DNA from: a virus
Taxonomy: Duplodnaviria > Caudoviricetes
Strand: one strand, 5' to 3'
Length of the DNA stretch: 64,000 nucleotides
IMG/VR virus record: IMGVR_UViG_3300037408_000403
Span: 3,026-67,025 of that record
Part shown: positions 55,178-64,000 of the stretch, one piece after another
How positions within the stretch are numbered: position 1 is the stretch's first letter
How the letters are laid out: each line of letters opens with the position of its first letter
Notes under the pieces: generated by a model
Databases searched by the model: none
The model's input: only the letters and a program-made list of their open reading frames with translations
What the model was told of the DNA's origin: nothing
Program-made: the position numbers and the translations under genes

Positions 55178-55719
55178 GGCTGTATTCTCTTGAAGGTTAT
55201 AACCCATACCCAGGGATTGTTGTCCCAAGATCCGGGGCCGTTGATTTTATCCCACAGGTCTGCAAAGGACGGTTTGTATATCACTGTCTGACCACCATCC
55301 AGGGAGGTGCCCTCTACCCCTTCTTCCTCGGCATCCTTCTCAGAGATGTCCTGAAGCCTCTCTGCCCTCACTTCAACAATCCTTAGTCTTATGCGGCATG
55401 CCTCCTTGGGCATGAAGATCGAGGGTTTCCAGGGTCCCTCAGTAGGTACACCATCCTCCTCTGCTGTTGCCTTCCACTCATAGGGCCATCCGGTAGGAAA
55501 GTTGTGCTGCTTCGGCCTCCATGTTTCTCTCACCCATAAGGTATTTCCAATAAGTCCAAAAGGACATGAAAGCATAAATTGTGCAAACTCCCAAAAATGT
55601 GATGCGATAACTACATTCCCATCAGATTGGTTTTTTAATGCTCTTCTGGTCTGTGTCTTTCTGCCCTCAAGGATCGCCCGGACCATTGGTGTGCTGAATA
55701 ATATCGACTTCTCTTTCAT
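55174..55719 (-). CDS. ASCH-like phage protein
   Basis: ILFSTPMVRAILEGRKTQTRR, LWVRETW, PSIFMPK, RLQDISE.DA..EG, NPWVWVI. Confidence 0.8.
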   Translation of the reverse strand: MKEKSILFSTPMVRAILEGRKTQTRRALKNQSDGNVVIASHFWEFAQFMLSCPFGLIGNTLWVRETWRPKQHNFPTGWPYEWKATAEEDGVPTEGPWKPSIFMPKEACRIRLRIVEVRAERLQDISEKDAEEEGVEGTSLDGGQTVIYKPSFADLWDKINGPGSWDNNPWVWVITFKRIQP

Positions 55720-55895
55720 GGCCTTGTGATATTACTCATGACTACTGCCCATAATCCTATCGCTGCTGCAAAGCATACCGCAAGGATAATAACTGCATAT
55801 ACGGCACCGAGGATCTGCTTCTCCCGGCTGAAGGTGAGCTCCTGCTTCTTTTCGTACAGTGCCCTGATTTCGTTGTCTGTTAGTGTCTGTTCCAT
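55716..55895 (-). CDS. 59-aa membrane peptide (below the ORF-track cut-off)
   Basis: Translated by hand, MEQTLTD...ILGAVYAVIILAVCFAAAIGLWAVV; ATGA-coupled. Confidence 0.5.
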   Translation of the reverse strand: MEQTLTDNEIRALYEKKQELTFSREKQILGAVYAVIILAVCFAAAIGLWAVVMSNITRP

Positions 55896-55900
55896 AGTTG

Positions 55901-56548
55901 TTATTTTTTTCGTTTATCTTCTCCGGGGAAGAGAATAACATTGAACATCTCCTGCATCCGGCTTGATATGTATTCGCCATAGAGTTCCTTGATCTCCTTT
56001 GGCTCCAGGTTAGTACTGATGAAGGTCCGCAAGTACACATCGGTAAAAACCCGATATCTTCTCTGAAGAACCTCAATCATCACGTTAGTATGGGTGCCGT
56101 AGAACTTAACACTGTTGGCTCCCTGGCCTAAGTCATCTATCATCAGCTCCTTTGGCTCTAATCCGTTATGGTTCTTTGTAGCACAGTATTTCATTATAGC
56201 CTCAAATCCGCTTATTGCATACTCGGCCATGAGATCATCTGAGGTTACACATACCAGGCCCCTGCTGAATGAATGGAGGTAGTACCGCATGACTTTAAAA
56301 AACAACGTCTTGCCTACACCATAAACTCCATACAGATAAAGCCCTTTGTTTATATCCCAGTCGCATGTAGTGTCATTGCTGAAATACTTGACTCCGTTGA
56401 CATAAATCCTTTCGATCTGGCTTGTTGTCTTGAAGTCAGGGCATACTGTGGAGCGAATGAGTCGCATGCGCTCAAAGTGATTGTCAGTACATTCAAAGTG
56501 TTTTCTTTGAGGTGGCCTGATCTGGTTTAGGAAGTCATTTATTTCCAT
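55901..56548 (-). CDS. DnaC/IstB-like AAA ATPase (helicase loader)
   Basis: GVYGVGKT Walker A, LMIDDLG Walker B, STNL, SRMQEM. Confidence 0.85.
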   Translation of the reverse strand: MEINDFLNQIRPPQRKHFECTDNHFERMRLIRSTVCPDFKTTSQIERIYVNGVKYFSNDTTCDWDINKGLYLYGVYGVGKTLFFKVMRYYLHSFSRGLVCVTSDDLMAEYAISGFEAIMKYCATKNHNGLEPKELMIDDLGQGANSVKFYGTHTNVMIEVLQRRYRVFTDVYLRTFISTNLEPKEIKELYGEYISSRMQEMFNVILFPGEDKRKK

Positions 56549-57288
56549 TAGAATTGCGTTTGAGGTGTAGCATAGTCTCTTTGCCTTTCGGGGATTCCGA
56601 ATGGTTTTACTGCAGATCCGTTTAGGTTCTCGAATACCTTAAAAAACCGTACCCCCTGCTTATTGTTATCTCTGAGTTTTCTAAGGGATAAAAAGTTCTT
56701 GGACCAGAAGGGGTCTGTTCTCGCTCTCCTGACGATGTTTAAAATGTGCTCAGGAGTATAACCATCAATTCTGATTAACTTATCGAGGGTGTCACACCAG
56801 GCATCTTTGTCTCTTTTGATTGCCGGACGAAGGTTGTCCGGGAATAATATTTTAACACTCTCAAACAGTGAAATGACTTGGGAGGTATATTCTTTTATCT
56901 TCTCTCCTCTTCTCTCCTCTCCTATATTGTCATTTGCTTTGCTTTTGCTTAGCATTTGCTTAGCATTTGCTTTACCGCCTAATTTGCCCGACTCGCTTCG
57001 TTTTGCGGTGATGTCAATAAACTTCTCCATCTGCTCATCCAGAAATTTTATTGATACCCTCCCAGCCTCGTCAATGGAGATAATTTGGTTGCCAATAAGT
57101 TGCTCAAACAATTTTTCAGCACCGCTAAATCTTTGCTTAGCATTTGCTAAGCAAATGCTTCCCCCCTTTAACCAGTAGTAGCAACATAGGTTAATAAATA
57201 GCCCTTGTGCCTCCATAGAGCAGAGCGTTATATCTCCGGTAATCCACTCAGAAGGTTCAAACTTGAAATATGGAAGTTCCTTTGCCAT
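56548..57288 (-). CDS. Replication initiator (YdaU/DUF1376-like N-terminus)
   Basis: LPYFKFEP...QGLFINL, RSESGKLGG, internal iterons. Confidence 0.75.
   Translation of the reverse strand: MAKELPYFKFEPSEWITGDITLCSMEAQGLFINLCCYYWLKGGSICLANAKQRFSGAEKLFEQLIGNQIISIDEAGRVSIKFLDEQMEKFIDITAKRSESGKLGGKANAKQMLSKSKANDNIGEERRGEKIKEYTSQVISLFESVKILFPDNLRPAIKRDKDAWCDTLDKLIRIDGYTPEHILNIVRRARTDPFWSKNFLSLRKLRDNNKQGVRFFKVFENLNGSAVKPFGIPERQRDYATPQTQF
56891..57155. repeat. Putative replication origin: 11-bp iterons TTTGCTTAGCA plus a pyrimidine tract
   Basis: Direct copies at 56944, 56955 and 57132; inverted copy at 57145-57155; CT-rich tract at about 56891-56925; lies within the initiator gene as in lambdoid phages. 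Confidence 0.7.
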
Positions 57289-57693
57289 TTAGTTTATTTT
57301 TAAAATCTTACGTACTTCTTTAATATCATGATTAGTGAACCTGACCCCTGCCCCTCGTTTCATTAAAACTACTGGGGGTCTATTCTCATAAATGTAAAAG
57401 ACTACCGCCTCCTCCCCATCTACAATACAATATGCTCTCAACTTTTCCATCGCATAATTTGGGTAGGATTTACAGTTTTCGATAATACTATGGCATAAAT
57501 CACAAACGGTTATAAGATCTTCGTTATCATAATCCCAAGGATCATTGCCATTTATATATCTCTTATGATGGACCGCTAATGTGTTTTTGGTATCACAACA
57601 AACCTTACAGGTCCATTTATCCCTGTCAAATATCTCCAATCGCTTCTTTTGCCACCTTGGGTCCTTTAGCTTATCTGAATAGGTAGCCACCAT
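57289..57693 (-). CDS. HNH-like protein
   Basis: LKDPRWQKKRLEIFDRDKWTCKVC...LAVHH...LITVCDLCH. Confidence 0.8.
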   Translation of the reverse strand: MVATYSDKLKDPRWQKKRLEIFDRDKWTCKVCCDTKNTLAVHHKRYINGNDPWDYDNEDLITVCDLCHSIIENCKSYPNYAMEKLRAYCIVDGEEAVVFYIYENRPPVVLMKRGAGVRFTNHDIKEVRKILKIN

Positions 57694-57694
57694 G

Positions 57695-58480
57695 TTATGC
57701 CACTTTTATGAACTTGTTTACGAAGTATATCTGGCCCTTTGGAGACACCTTGGTTGTGACCGTGACAAAGGTTGTCCCATCGGGCTGTGTAATGCTTGTC
57801 TTTTTCAGCTCAAAGAGTTCAAGCTCCATAGCTCTCTGTGTCGGTTGGTTATAACTCTCTCCCCTGGTACATAGGTACCCATGCTGTCTCAGCCACTCAA
57901 ATAACCTGTTCTGGCCTATTTCAACACCGTTTTGTTTGAGGATCTTAGCGAGCTCCCCTACAAGAATGCTTGTCTCGCTCGCTGTTACAGCATCAGCAAA
58001 TAAGACCTTCGGTGCGGCCTCCTCGAGAGCTTTCTGCTGATCAAGCGTCTTAGCCCCGAGCTTCATCACATCCTCGATTAGTTTTTCCTTCTCCTCTTCT
58101 GCCTGGAGCAGCATCTTTGCGAGGTCCTTCCGGGAGATACTGTCGAGCTTGGCATATCCGTTCTGCATGAGCTCCTTTATTCGGTCATTGCACCAGATGG
58201 CAAAGTGAGGACTGAGCCACCTGGCGAACTCAAGGGCTACATCTTCATGGAACCAGGTGCCGGCATTATTGCCTCCTTTGGTAACTTGCACTAAATCAGC
58301 CAAAGTGCTATTTCTCACTTCGGCCAGTGCTTTTATAAACTCCTGTGATTGTTGATTCTGCAACCAGTCGGTTGGTCGCTTACCAAACGATCTTGCCATT
58401 TCAGTGGCATCTACATATACTCTTCCTTCTTCGTTTCTGAAGGTAACAGGGCTCTGGTTATACTTGAATATTGAGTTCAT
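57695..58480 (-). CDS. Antirepressor (KilA-N + ANT C-terminal domain)
   Basis: VDATEMARSFGKRPTDWL...GTWFHEDVALEFARWLSP; PKVLFADAV...QNRLFEWLR...KGQIYF. Confidence 0.9.
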   Translation of the reverse strand: MNSIFKYNQSPVTFRNEEGRVYVDATEMARSFGKRPTDWLQNQQSQEFIKALAEVRNSTLADLVQVTKGGNNAGTWFHEDVALEFARWLSPHFAIWCNDRIKELMQNGYAKLDSISRKDLAKMLLQAEEEKEKLIEDVMKLGAKTLDQQKALEEAAPKVLFADAVTASETSILVGELAKILKQNGVEIGQNRLFEWLRQHGYLCTRGESYNQPTQRAMELELFELKKTSITQPDGTTFVTVTTKVSPKGQIYFVNKFIKVA

Positions 58481-58725
58481 GCAGCAACAGTATTAGGGAT
58501 TAACTTTTCAATCTTTGATAACATCGCATCCAGGACCATGTAGGTTGCGAATACGGAATGGCGATAGCCGGCCTCATCCTCGGTCAGGAGGTAGGCATCA
58601 GCCATACAGCGAAGATGTTGACGAAGCCTCTGTGGATCGTCTGAGTGGATTACATCATTTAGGATTTCTTCGGGGGATAATGCCCCAAGGGTTGTGCCGA
58701 TGGCACCAGTTGACTTGCTCAGCAT
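58477..58725 (-). CDS. 82-aa helical hypothetical protein (true start within the 58477-59211 ORF)
   Basis: Upstream part of the long ORF is occupied by promoter and structured leader; ATG at 58725. Confidence 0.55.
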   Translation of the reverse strand: MLSKSTGAIGTTLGALSPEEILNDVIHSDDPQRLRQHLRCMADAYLLTEDEAGYRHSVFATYMVLDAMLSKIEKLIPNTVAA

Positions 58726-58753
58726 AGCAATTATGTTTAAGTTTTGTGCCAAC

Positions 58754-58915
58754 AAAAAAGCGGTGGCACTTACGCTGCTGAATCCGTCAACGGGACTGGG
58801 AGTCCTCCTCCCTCGCAAGTAACCACCGCCATATTGTAGTGGGCTAAAATAGAAAAGCCCGCTATTTTTCGGGCAGTCGGCTGCCCCATTGACATAATTC
58901 AGCGATGTAAAGATA
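58754..58915 (-). ncRNA. Structured leader/attenuator RNA with promoter (TATCTTTA at 58908-58915)
   Basis: Several mutually exclusive stems and two U-tailed hairpins; see the corresponding finding. Confidence 0.6.
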
Positions 58916-58981
58916 TGAACATTTTTTAATCTGCCGCATATCTCAGTGCATTTTTTACCTTTGATCTGAAAATTATATTGT

Positions 58982-59254
58982 ATGGAAGAGGAACCTTCTT
59001 TGTTCGATAAGCTGATAGGTCCAGCAACAGGCTTGTTATGGATGGTCCTTTGCGCTGTAACATTACTTGGAGCCTCCAAGGATGCTCCACAGCTTATTAC
59101 TGGCCTCTTCTTTGTTGTGATAGCGGTGTTGATTCCGGTATTTGGAATACTGATTGAGTTGACTGGCAATGGAAAGAAAAGGTCAGTAGTTGTTCTTGCT
59201 TTATACTTCATAGGATGTATAATGTCGTTGTTGTTAAATTCAGTATGGCATTAA
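58982..59254 (+). CDS. Small 3-TM membrane protein, oriented against the early operon
   Basis: Three hydrophobic segments in 90 aa; divergent from the leader promoter. Confidence 0.6.
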   Translation: MEEEPSLFDKLIGPATGLLWMVLCAVTLLGASKDAPQLITGLFFVVIAVLIPVFGILIELTGNGKKRSVVVLALYFIGCIMSLLLNSVWH

Positions 59255-59971
59255 ACTCAAGTCAACCACCAGTCCGGGCCGTGCAGCATGCACTGAGCTC
59301 TTTCCGGTCTGTTCTATTATCTCCCGGACGAACCGGGCCTCATCGCTGTGTTCGTTACTCAGGTGGAGCAGGATAATGTTCATTACTCCTGCCAGGTCCA
59401 CACTTTTCAGGATGTTCTTTGTTGCCTCTAATGAGAGGTGTGTCAGCATCAGCCTTTGCCGCATGGCAGGGTGAGTGCCTGTTCTGTCAAGGATATCATC
59501 TGCATAGTTTGCCTCTATCAGGACGTGATTGAGGCCCGGGATCTCATAGTTAAAACAGTATGAGTCGGTGACAAAGAGGAGGCTCCCCATGTCCTGATGC
59601 TGGATATGATATGCCAGGCACGGGACATCATGCTCAACGGCAAGCGGCAGGATCTTGAATCCTCCCATCTTATAGCCTCTTCCCTCCTGCACGATCTTTG
59701 TCTGAGGACCATTAAGAGGAATGTTGTGTGCAATGAACACATCATGATGCGCCAAGGCAACGATGCCGGCCTTCATGTACTCCTTGATATACTTGGAATG
59801 GTCCTGATGTGCATGCGAGACAACAAGGCCCTGTATGCTCCTTATGTCAAAGTTAAGAGCATTCTTTACCGAGGAGAAGCGGACCCCGGCCTCAATGATC
59901 AGGGTCTCACTTCCACTGGTTAGAAGATAGCCGTTGCCGGCAGAGCTGGATGCCAGTACCCGGAGAATCAT
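59240..59971 (-). CDS. MBL-fold hydrolase (YycJ-like exonuclease partner of RecT)
   Basis: SSSAGNGY, VSHAHQDHS, VEHDV, FVTD, IEANY, LLHLS. Confidence 0.85.
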   Translation of the reverse strand: MILRVLASSSAGNGYLLTSGSETLIIEAGVRFSSVKNALNFDIRSIQGLVVSHAHQDHSKYIKEYMKAGIVALAHHDVFIAHNIPLNGPQTKIVQEGRGYKMGGFKILPLAVEHDVPCLAYHIQHQDMGSLLFVTDSYCFNYEIPGLNHVLIEANYADDILDRTGTHPAMRQRLMLTHLSLEATKNILKSVDLAGVMNIILLHLSNEHSDEARFVREIIEQTGKSSVHAARPGLVVDLSLMPY

Positions 59972-59972
59972 A

Positions 59973-60083
59973 TTAATTAGTTAATACGATGATTGCAAGT
60001 AGCATCGAGATCCATCCAGCAACAACTCCTATTGCATACATAAGCAATGGCCTTTCGTTCCAATGTAGATTCTTCTTTTCCAT
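59973..60083 (-). CDS. 36-aa single-TM peptide (below the ORF-track cut-off)
   Basis: Translated by hand, MEKKNLHWNERPLLMYAIGVVAGWISMLLAIIVLTN. Confidence 0.45.
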   Translation of the reverse strand: MEKKNLHWNERPLLMYAIGVVAGWISMLLAIIVLTN

Positions 60084-60920
60084 CTACTTTGCGTAATCAG
60101 GTATCGCTTCTGGCTGCTCCGGTGTGGAACCAGTCACATCATCGTATTTAACATCCTCAGCCACGACAATCTTCTTGTCTGATTTCTGTGCCTCGTCCCT
60201 CTGTGCCTCCGGGGTGTAGTCCTCGTCTGTGGTGATGGCGTTCATCATCTCTATCGAGAGGTAGCCATAATGAGAGAGAAGGTTTCTGAGGACGGTCTTG
60301 ATTGCCATGCCGTCATACTCCTTAACCCAAATACTATCCTCACTGCCATAGGTCCGTGAATACTTCTTGGCATGGGCGTCCACCTGTTCCTTGGTCATGT
60401 ATAAGGTCTTACTGAACCCGTTGAGCAGGACAAAGTGTGCAAAGTATCCCACAACCTTGTCTGATTTCTTCTGTCCCTCGAAGGCTATCTCACCGGTGAG
60501 TTTATCAAGGTTCTGCAGCTCACCCTCATATACCTTGTCTGCATTAATGGTCTTATAGTATCCGGTCCTCGTTGCGAGCTGGATATAACCACGATAGCCT
60601 ATCTGGAATTGAGGGATGGCTACCCCCTTCTTTCTGTATGGTACTATCCATGAGAATCCGAGCGACCTGATGACAGGCAGTTTCAGGATTGCGGCCTTCA
60701 GCGACTCGCTGATGACCTGTTTAGGATCACAGGTGACGAGCGTACTGTCTCCCGAATAGATCTCCATGACGGAGGCGATGAAAGGTGCTGCGGCCTCTCC
60801 CAAGGCGTTCTCGAACTGCTGCTTCACGTTAGGGTTCATCAGCATGTCCCTCATTCGTGCAATGTTGGCCTGGTTAGGCTGCGGCACTGCCGGTGTCTGA
60901 TTCTGTTGTGTCTGTGTCAT
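60084..60920 (-). CDS. recT: RecT-family single-strand annealing protein
   Basis: LGFSWIVPY...QFQIGYRGYIQLATRTG...VVGYFA...MAIKTVLR. Confidence 0.88.
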   Translation of the reverse strand: MTQTQQNQTPAVPQPNQANIARMRDMLMNPNVKQQFENALGEAAAPFIASVMEIYSGDSTLVTCDPKQVISESLKAAILKLPVIRSLGFSWIVPYRKKGVAIPQFQIGYRGYIQLATRTGYYKTINADKVYEGELQNLDKLTGEIAFEGQKKSDKVVGYFAHFVLLNGFSKTLYMTKEQVDAHAKKYSRTYGSEDSIWVKEYDGMAIKTVLRNLLSHYGYLSIEMMNAITTDEDYTPEAQRDEAQKSDKKIVVAEDVKYDDVTGSTPEQPEAIPDYAK

Positions 60921-62877
60921 TGTTTATTACTGTTAGTTGTTTGTAATTAGGATCTACATAGAGATTGATAATCTGACATTTCATCTCTGGTATAAGTGTC
61001 GTGCTCTCCCGGTTATCAATCCAGATGGGAGCCCATATATTTGTGAATGTGCTGAGAGACCGAATGACATCCATGCCTCCCATAATTTTGCTGGCACTAT
61101 TAAGATCAGCAAATGGCACTCCATCAATGGTCATGGTGCATGTTTCAACTTCGGCACCATTAAGCTGCTGGTCGAAGAGCTTGAACTTAACGATTTTGAA
61201 CTTGCTGTTAACCCTTCCTTCCACAGCCTCAATCTTAGCCTTGATGTAGGCAGCGATGGCGAACTCTGTCTTTTCGAGGTCTGCAAGCTCCTGGGAGAGC
61301 CTCTTCTGGTCCTCGAGGAGCTCACCGGTCCGTGTCTCTGCCTTAGCGATGAGGGCCTTATCAGCGAGCAGCATCTTGAACCCGTCAATCTTATCCTGTA
61401 TGATCTGTTTCTCAGTATGGAAAGCTGAGAGATCAATGGTTTCCGGGATGGAGTTAAGGTTCTGCTGCAGAGCCTCAATCTCATTGTAGATGCCGACATG
61501 TTCATTGTTGTCCCGGAGGAGTTGTCCGAGAGCAGGTGACTCCTGGGGGATCTTCTCTTCCAGGCGATGTCTCTGCTCCTTTGTCTCTGCTATCTGGTTG
61601 ATGAGAGCAGCAATGTTCTCGGCATTGGTTTTTATGGCAGCATTGGTATGCTCTATTCTATCCTTGATAGCCTTACCAGCCCAAACATTCTTTTCCAACT
61701 GAATCGCCTTATTTCCATTGAAGGCGTATTCCATCTGCTGTTTCTTCTCGAAGATATCATTATCATCGAGGGGCCTCTTACAGGTAGGACACATGAAGTC
61801 TCCCTCATCGAAGAGGAGCGTCTTGCCATTTATCTCCCTCCATTGGGCAATAAGAGTCTCTCTCTCCGTCACGAGGGATGCAGCTTCGTTAGCGAGATGT
61901 GCGGCCCGGGCCTCAAGCCTCTCCATGTCTTTTGTCATTGTGAGGATGGAGTCGGTAAGCTCCTTATGCTTTATTTTCACCTCCTCAACCTCTCTGTTGG
62001 CATTATAGCGGACCTCGAACTCAATGGCCTGTAATCTTGTTTTCTTACTATTGATGGTGTCCTGCAATCCTCTTCTCTGTTCTCCCAGGGCATTGAGCTT
62101 GCTTGACTCCGATGCGAATCGTGCCTCAAGCTCCTTCATCTTATCCTGCTGCTCTGCAAGGCTCTTCTCAAGTGCCTCCCAGTTACTCGCTACCGGAATG
62201 CCTCTCTTCACCTCATCAATACGAGCCGGTATCACATCGAGCTGGTCCTTGATCTTCTTCTTCGTAGCAGCGATCTCCCTCTTATACTCCTCTACCGTCT
62301 TGCCCCTGAGTCCCGACATCATTTCTATCATCTCCTTGGTGAGCTTGATATCCTTGTCCGAAACATCACCTGCCATCTTGAACAGCATGCCTCTCTGCTC
62401 TTGCCAGGGGAGGGACGGAAAGTAAAGAGGGTTGGTGAGGATCTTGAAGGTGCTCTCCGGGCAGATGAGGGTATCAATCTTTCCCTGATATTCTCTCATT
62501 GTGACCGGCACTCCGTTCACAAAAAAGGTGCTCTCATGTCCCTGCATCGTGGCCTCGGCAGATCCTCTCTGCTTTACCCACTTCTCCTTGAAAACCCTTT
62601 TCAGAGTCATGGCCTGGTCATCCACCTGCAGTAGGGCCTCTACCTCATGATCGAGATAGTGGAGAGGATCTCCGTTGCCATCAAGGGTCTTGATGTTGAA
62701 ATCCTTGCGGTCATCACTGTCTTTACCGAAGAGAAGGAAGAGCCATCCATCCATCAGGGTTGTTTTCCCTGTGGCATTGGCTCCCCGTATAAATGTCTCC
62801 CTCGGGTCAAAATCGGTTTCAAAGGTCTTTATCCCCTTAAAGTTCCGAAGCGTAAGTCGTTTTAATAAGATCTTCAT
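60874..62877 (-). CDS. SMC/Rad50-like AAA ATPase with a long coiled coil
   Basis: GANATGKTT Walker A, central CPTC zinc hook, LNSAS signature, IWIDNRES Walker B. Confidence 0.85.
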   Translation of the reverse strand: MKILLKRLTLRNFKGIKTFETDFDPRETFIRGANATGKTTLMDGWLFLLFGKDSDDRKDFNIKTLDGNGDPLHYLDHEVEALLQVDDQAMTLKRVFKEKWVKQRGSAEATMQGHESTFFVNGVPVTMREYQGKIDTLICPESTFKILTNPLYFPSLPWQEQRGMLFKMAGDVSDKDIKLTKEMIEMMSGLRGKTVEEYKREIAATKKKIKDQLDVIPARIDEVKRGIPVASNWEALEKSLAEQQDKMKELEARFASESSKLNALGEQRRGLQDTINSKKTRLQAIEFEVRYNANREVEEVKIKHKELTDSILTMTKDMERLEARAAHLANEAASLVTERETLIAQWREINGKTLLFDEGDFMCPTCKRPLDDNDIFEKKQQMEYAFNGNKAIQLEKNVWAGKAIKDRIEHTNAAIKTNAENIAALINQIAETKEQRHRLEEKIPQESPALGQLLRDNNEHVGIYNEIEALQQNLNSIPETIDLSAFHTEKQIIQDKIDGFKMLLADKALIAKAETRTGELLEDQKRLSQELADLEKTEFAIAAYIKAKIEAVEGRVNSKFKIVKFKLFDQQLNGAEVETCTMTIDGVPFADLNSASKIMGGMDVIRSLSTFTNIWAPIWIDNRESTTLIPEMKCQIINLYVDPNYKQLTVINNDTDTTESDTGSAAA

Positions 62878-62878
62878 T

Positions 62879-63175
62879 TTAGTTGATATTTGTTATAGGG
62901 ATTATGTATGTCCAATTATCCTCGAGGATATAGGGCTCAAACAGCCCCATGTTCCCTTTGATTGAGTCAAGCCACATATTGCCGTCCCGGTTAACTGATA
63001 CTGCGGCATAGCGGCCATCAAGGTCTGTCGTGTGGGTGAGCACTACTGTTCCGTCCTTTAATACCTGGTACTCAAACTTCCCGGCAGGACGATTGACCCT
63101 CTTACGGAGGATCGTGATTGACTTCTGCAGGACTGGGTAGGTCATGGCTATCATATTGAGGTCATGCTTCCACAT
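62879..63175 (-). CDS. Hypothetical protein
   Basis: ORF in the dense early-gene array; start uncertain. Confidence 0.5.
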   Translation of the reverse strand: MWKHDLNMIAMTYPVLQKSITILRKRVNRPAGKFEYQVLKDGTVVLTHTTDLDGRYAAVSVNRDGNMWLDSIKGNMGLFEPYILEDNWTYIIPITNIN

Positions 63176-63387
63176 TTGCCACAGAATACATATCCATTGG
63201 CCTCCTGATCAGGATGAGGATCAATGTTTGCCTTCTCGATGAAAGCAATTACGTTGTCTATCGCTAAGTCATAACCATACGATGCTGATATGCTATCGTG
63301 GTCTGTATCTCCGAATGTGCACCCTTTGATGCCCGGGCCTATCTTCATTCGTTCAAGGCTCGCTATAAGATCTCTCTTCGTTGCCAT
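63151..63387 (-). CDS. Hypothetical protein with a C-terminal CxxC
   Basis: YVFCGKCG; packed ORF. Confidence 0.5.
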   Translation of the reverse strand: MATKRDLIASLERMKIGPGIKGCTFGDTDHDSISASYGYDLAIDNVIAFIEKANIDPHPDQEANGYVFCGKCGSMTSI

Positions 63388-63390
63388 AGC

Positions 63391-63603
63391 TCAGTAGATT
63401 GTTCCGTTAGCCAATGCACGATCTCTTGCCTCCCTGCACTCAGCAAGGGTGGGTTTTACACAGGAGAATAATCCCCCGTTAGTGTGGCGGTAGTCATACT
63501 GGATGAATGACCTCATCCTTCCCCTGCGATCAGGGATCTGGAATCGCTCGTGTCTCTCTTCGCCCTTCGGACAGGTGGAGCAACCTTTTACATCTGTTGT
63601 CAT
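63391..63603 (-). CDS. Small phage protein (DUF3873-like)
   Basis: GCSTCPKGEE...QYDYRHTNGGLFSCVKPTLAECR. Confidence 0.65.
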   Translation of the reverse strand: MTTDVKGCSTCPKGEERHERFQIPDRRGRMRSFIQYDYRHTNGGLFSCVKPTLAECREARDRALANGTIY

Positions 63604-63624
63604 GTTCGTTGTGTTTGTGTGTTG

Positions 63625-64000
63625 TTATCTGTTTGCTTCAAAAAATGCTCTTGCAAATCCTCCCGGTGTTTTGCTCCTCTCGTTCTTCTGCTTGCTGTTT
63701 AACTTGTTCTGCATCATACTTCCGAAGAGAGGAAGAACCGGCTCTGATTTGACGGGCTTATTGAACCGGCCATATAGACCAGTCTTTTTCGTGTAAGGAT
63801 CTCCGTAATCACAGGGTTGAAAGAACCAAGCATCGCCAAGCTCAGGGACCAGTTTGTTTGTCCTGCCGACAGGCTGCTCTATTGCAAAGAATCCTTCTGG
63901 TTGTAACTGGGCTACTATTTCAAGGGTTGCGAGGACCATTGCAACACTGTGCTCTACTGTATTATCAAACTCAAAGGTCTTGTGACCATCATAGTCGGCT
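63625..64000 (-). CDS. C-terminal part of a DNA cytosine-methyltransferase-like protein (truncated by the window edge)
   Basis: Frame is open to the window edge; FFAIEQPVGR, FQPCDYGDPYTKKT, RSKTPGGFARAFFEAN. Confidence 0.6.
   Translation of the reverse strand, partial: ADYDGHKTFEFDNTVEHSVAMVLATLEIVAQLQPEGFFAIEQPVGRTNKLVPELGDAWFFQPCDYGDPYTKKTGLYGRFNKPVKSEPVLPLFGSMMQNKLNSKQKNERSKTPGGFARAFFEANR

Noticed and set aside
58726-59211. N-terminal 162 codons of the 244-aa ORF 58477-59211
   Set aside because: They overlap the antisense membrane gene, the promoter and the structured leader; composition is not protein-like, so the start was moved to 58725.
1-64000. Stop-codon reassignment as in some crAss-like phages
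   Set aside because: Genes are intact in the standard code, and TAG, TGA and TAA all end credible genes (e.g. portal, ssb and nozzle end in TAG).
1-64000. CRISPR array, tRNA or rRNA genes
   Set aside because: No regularly spaced repeat-spacer array or cloverleaf recognised by eye; the periodic repeats found are coding (LRR, NUMOD3, His repeats). A tRNAscan/CRT run would be decisive.

Overview
The window is most of a tailed-phage (or prophage) genome from a Bacteroidota host. Host assignment rests on TAnnTTTG-type -7 promoter boxes, Gln-first signal peptides, and FISUMP/FN3/PL9-like domains. Morphology is probably podovirus-like: P22-like portal, tail adaptor and nozzle, three ejection-type genes including a 4753-aa polyvalent protein, and no tape-measure gene seen. 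Layout: lysis and fibre/adhesin genes, capsid and scaffold (0.3-20.3 kb, minus strand); a small HTH gene, TerL and ssb/MTase/nuclease genes (20.5-26.9 kb, plus); portal, giant protein and ejection genes (26.9-45.6 kb, minus); TerS-like and tail nozzle genes (45.7-48.8 kb, plus); accessory, replication, antirepressor and recombination genes (48.8-64 kb, minus). No integrase, reverse transcriptase, tRNA or CRISPR array was seen. The most striking observations are: (1) a 13-8-13 inverted-repeat operator that occurs at both bidirectional morphogenesis promoters, with identical 22-nt spacing to three -7 boxes; (2) a signal-like hydrophobic N-terminus on the major capsid protein and Sec-type signals on three fibre/adhesin-like proteins; (3) two circularly permuted FISUMP domains; (4) a highly structured attenuator-like leader upstream of the antirepressor. 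All family names are assigned by eye from motifs; no database search was run.
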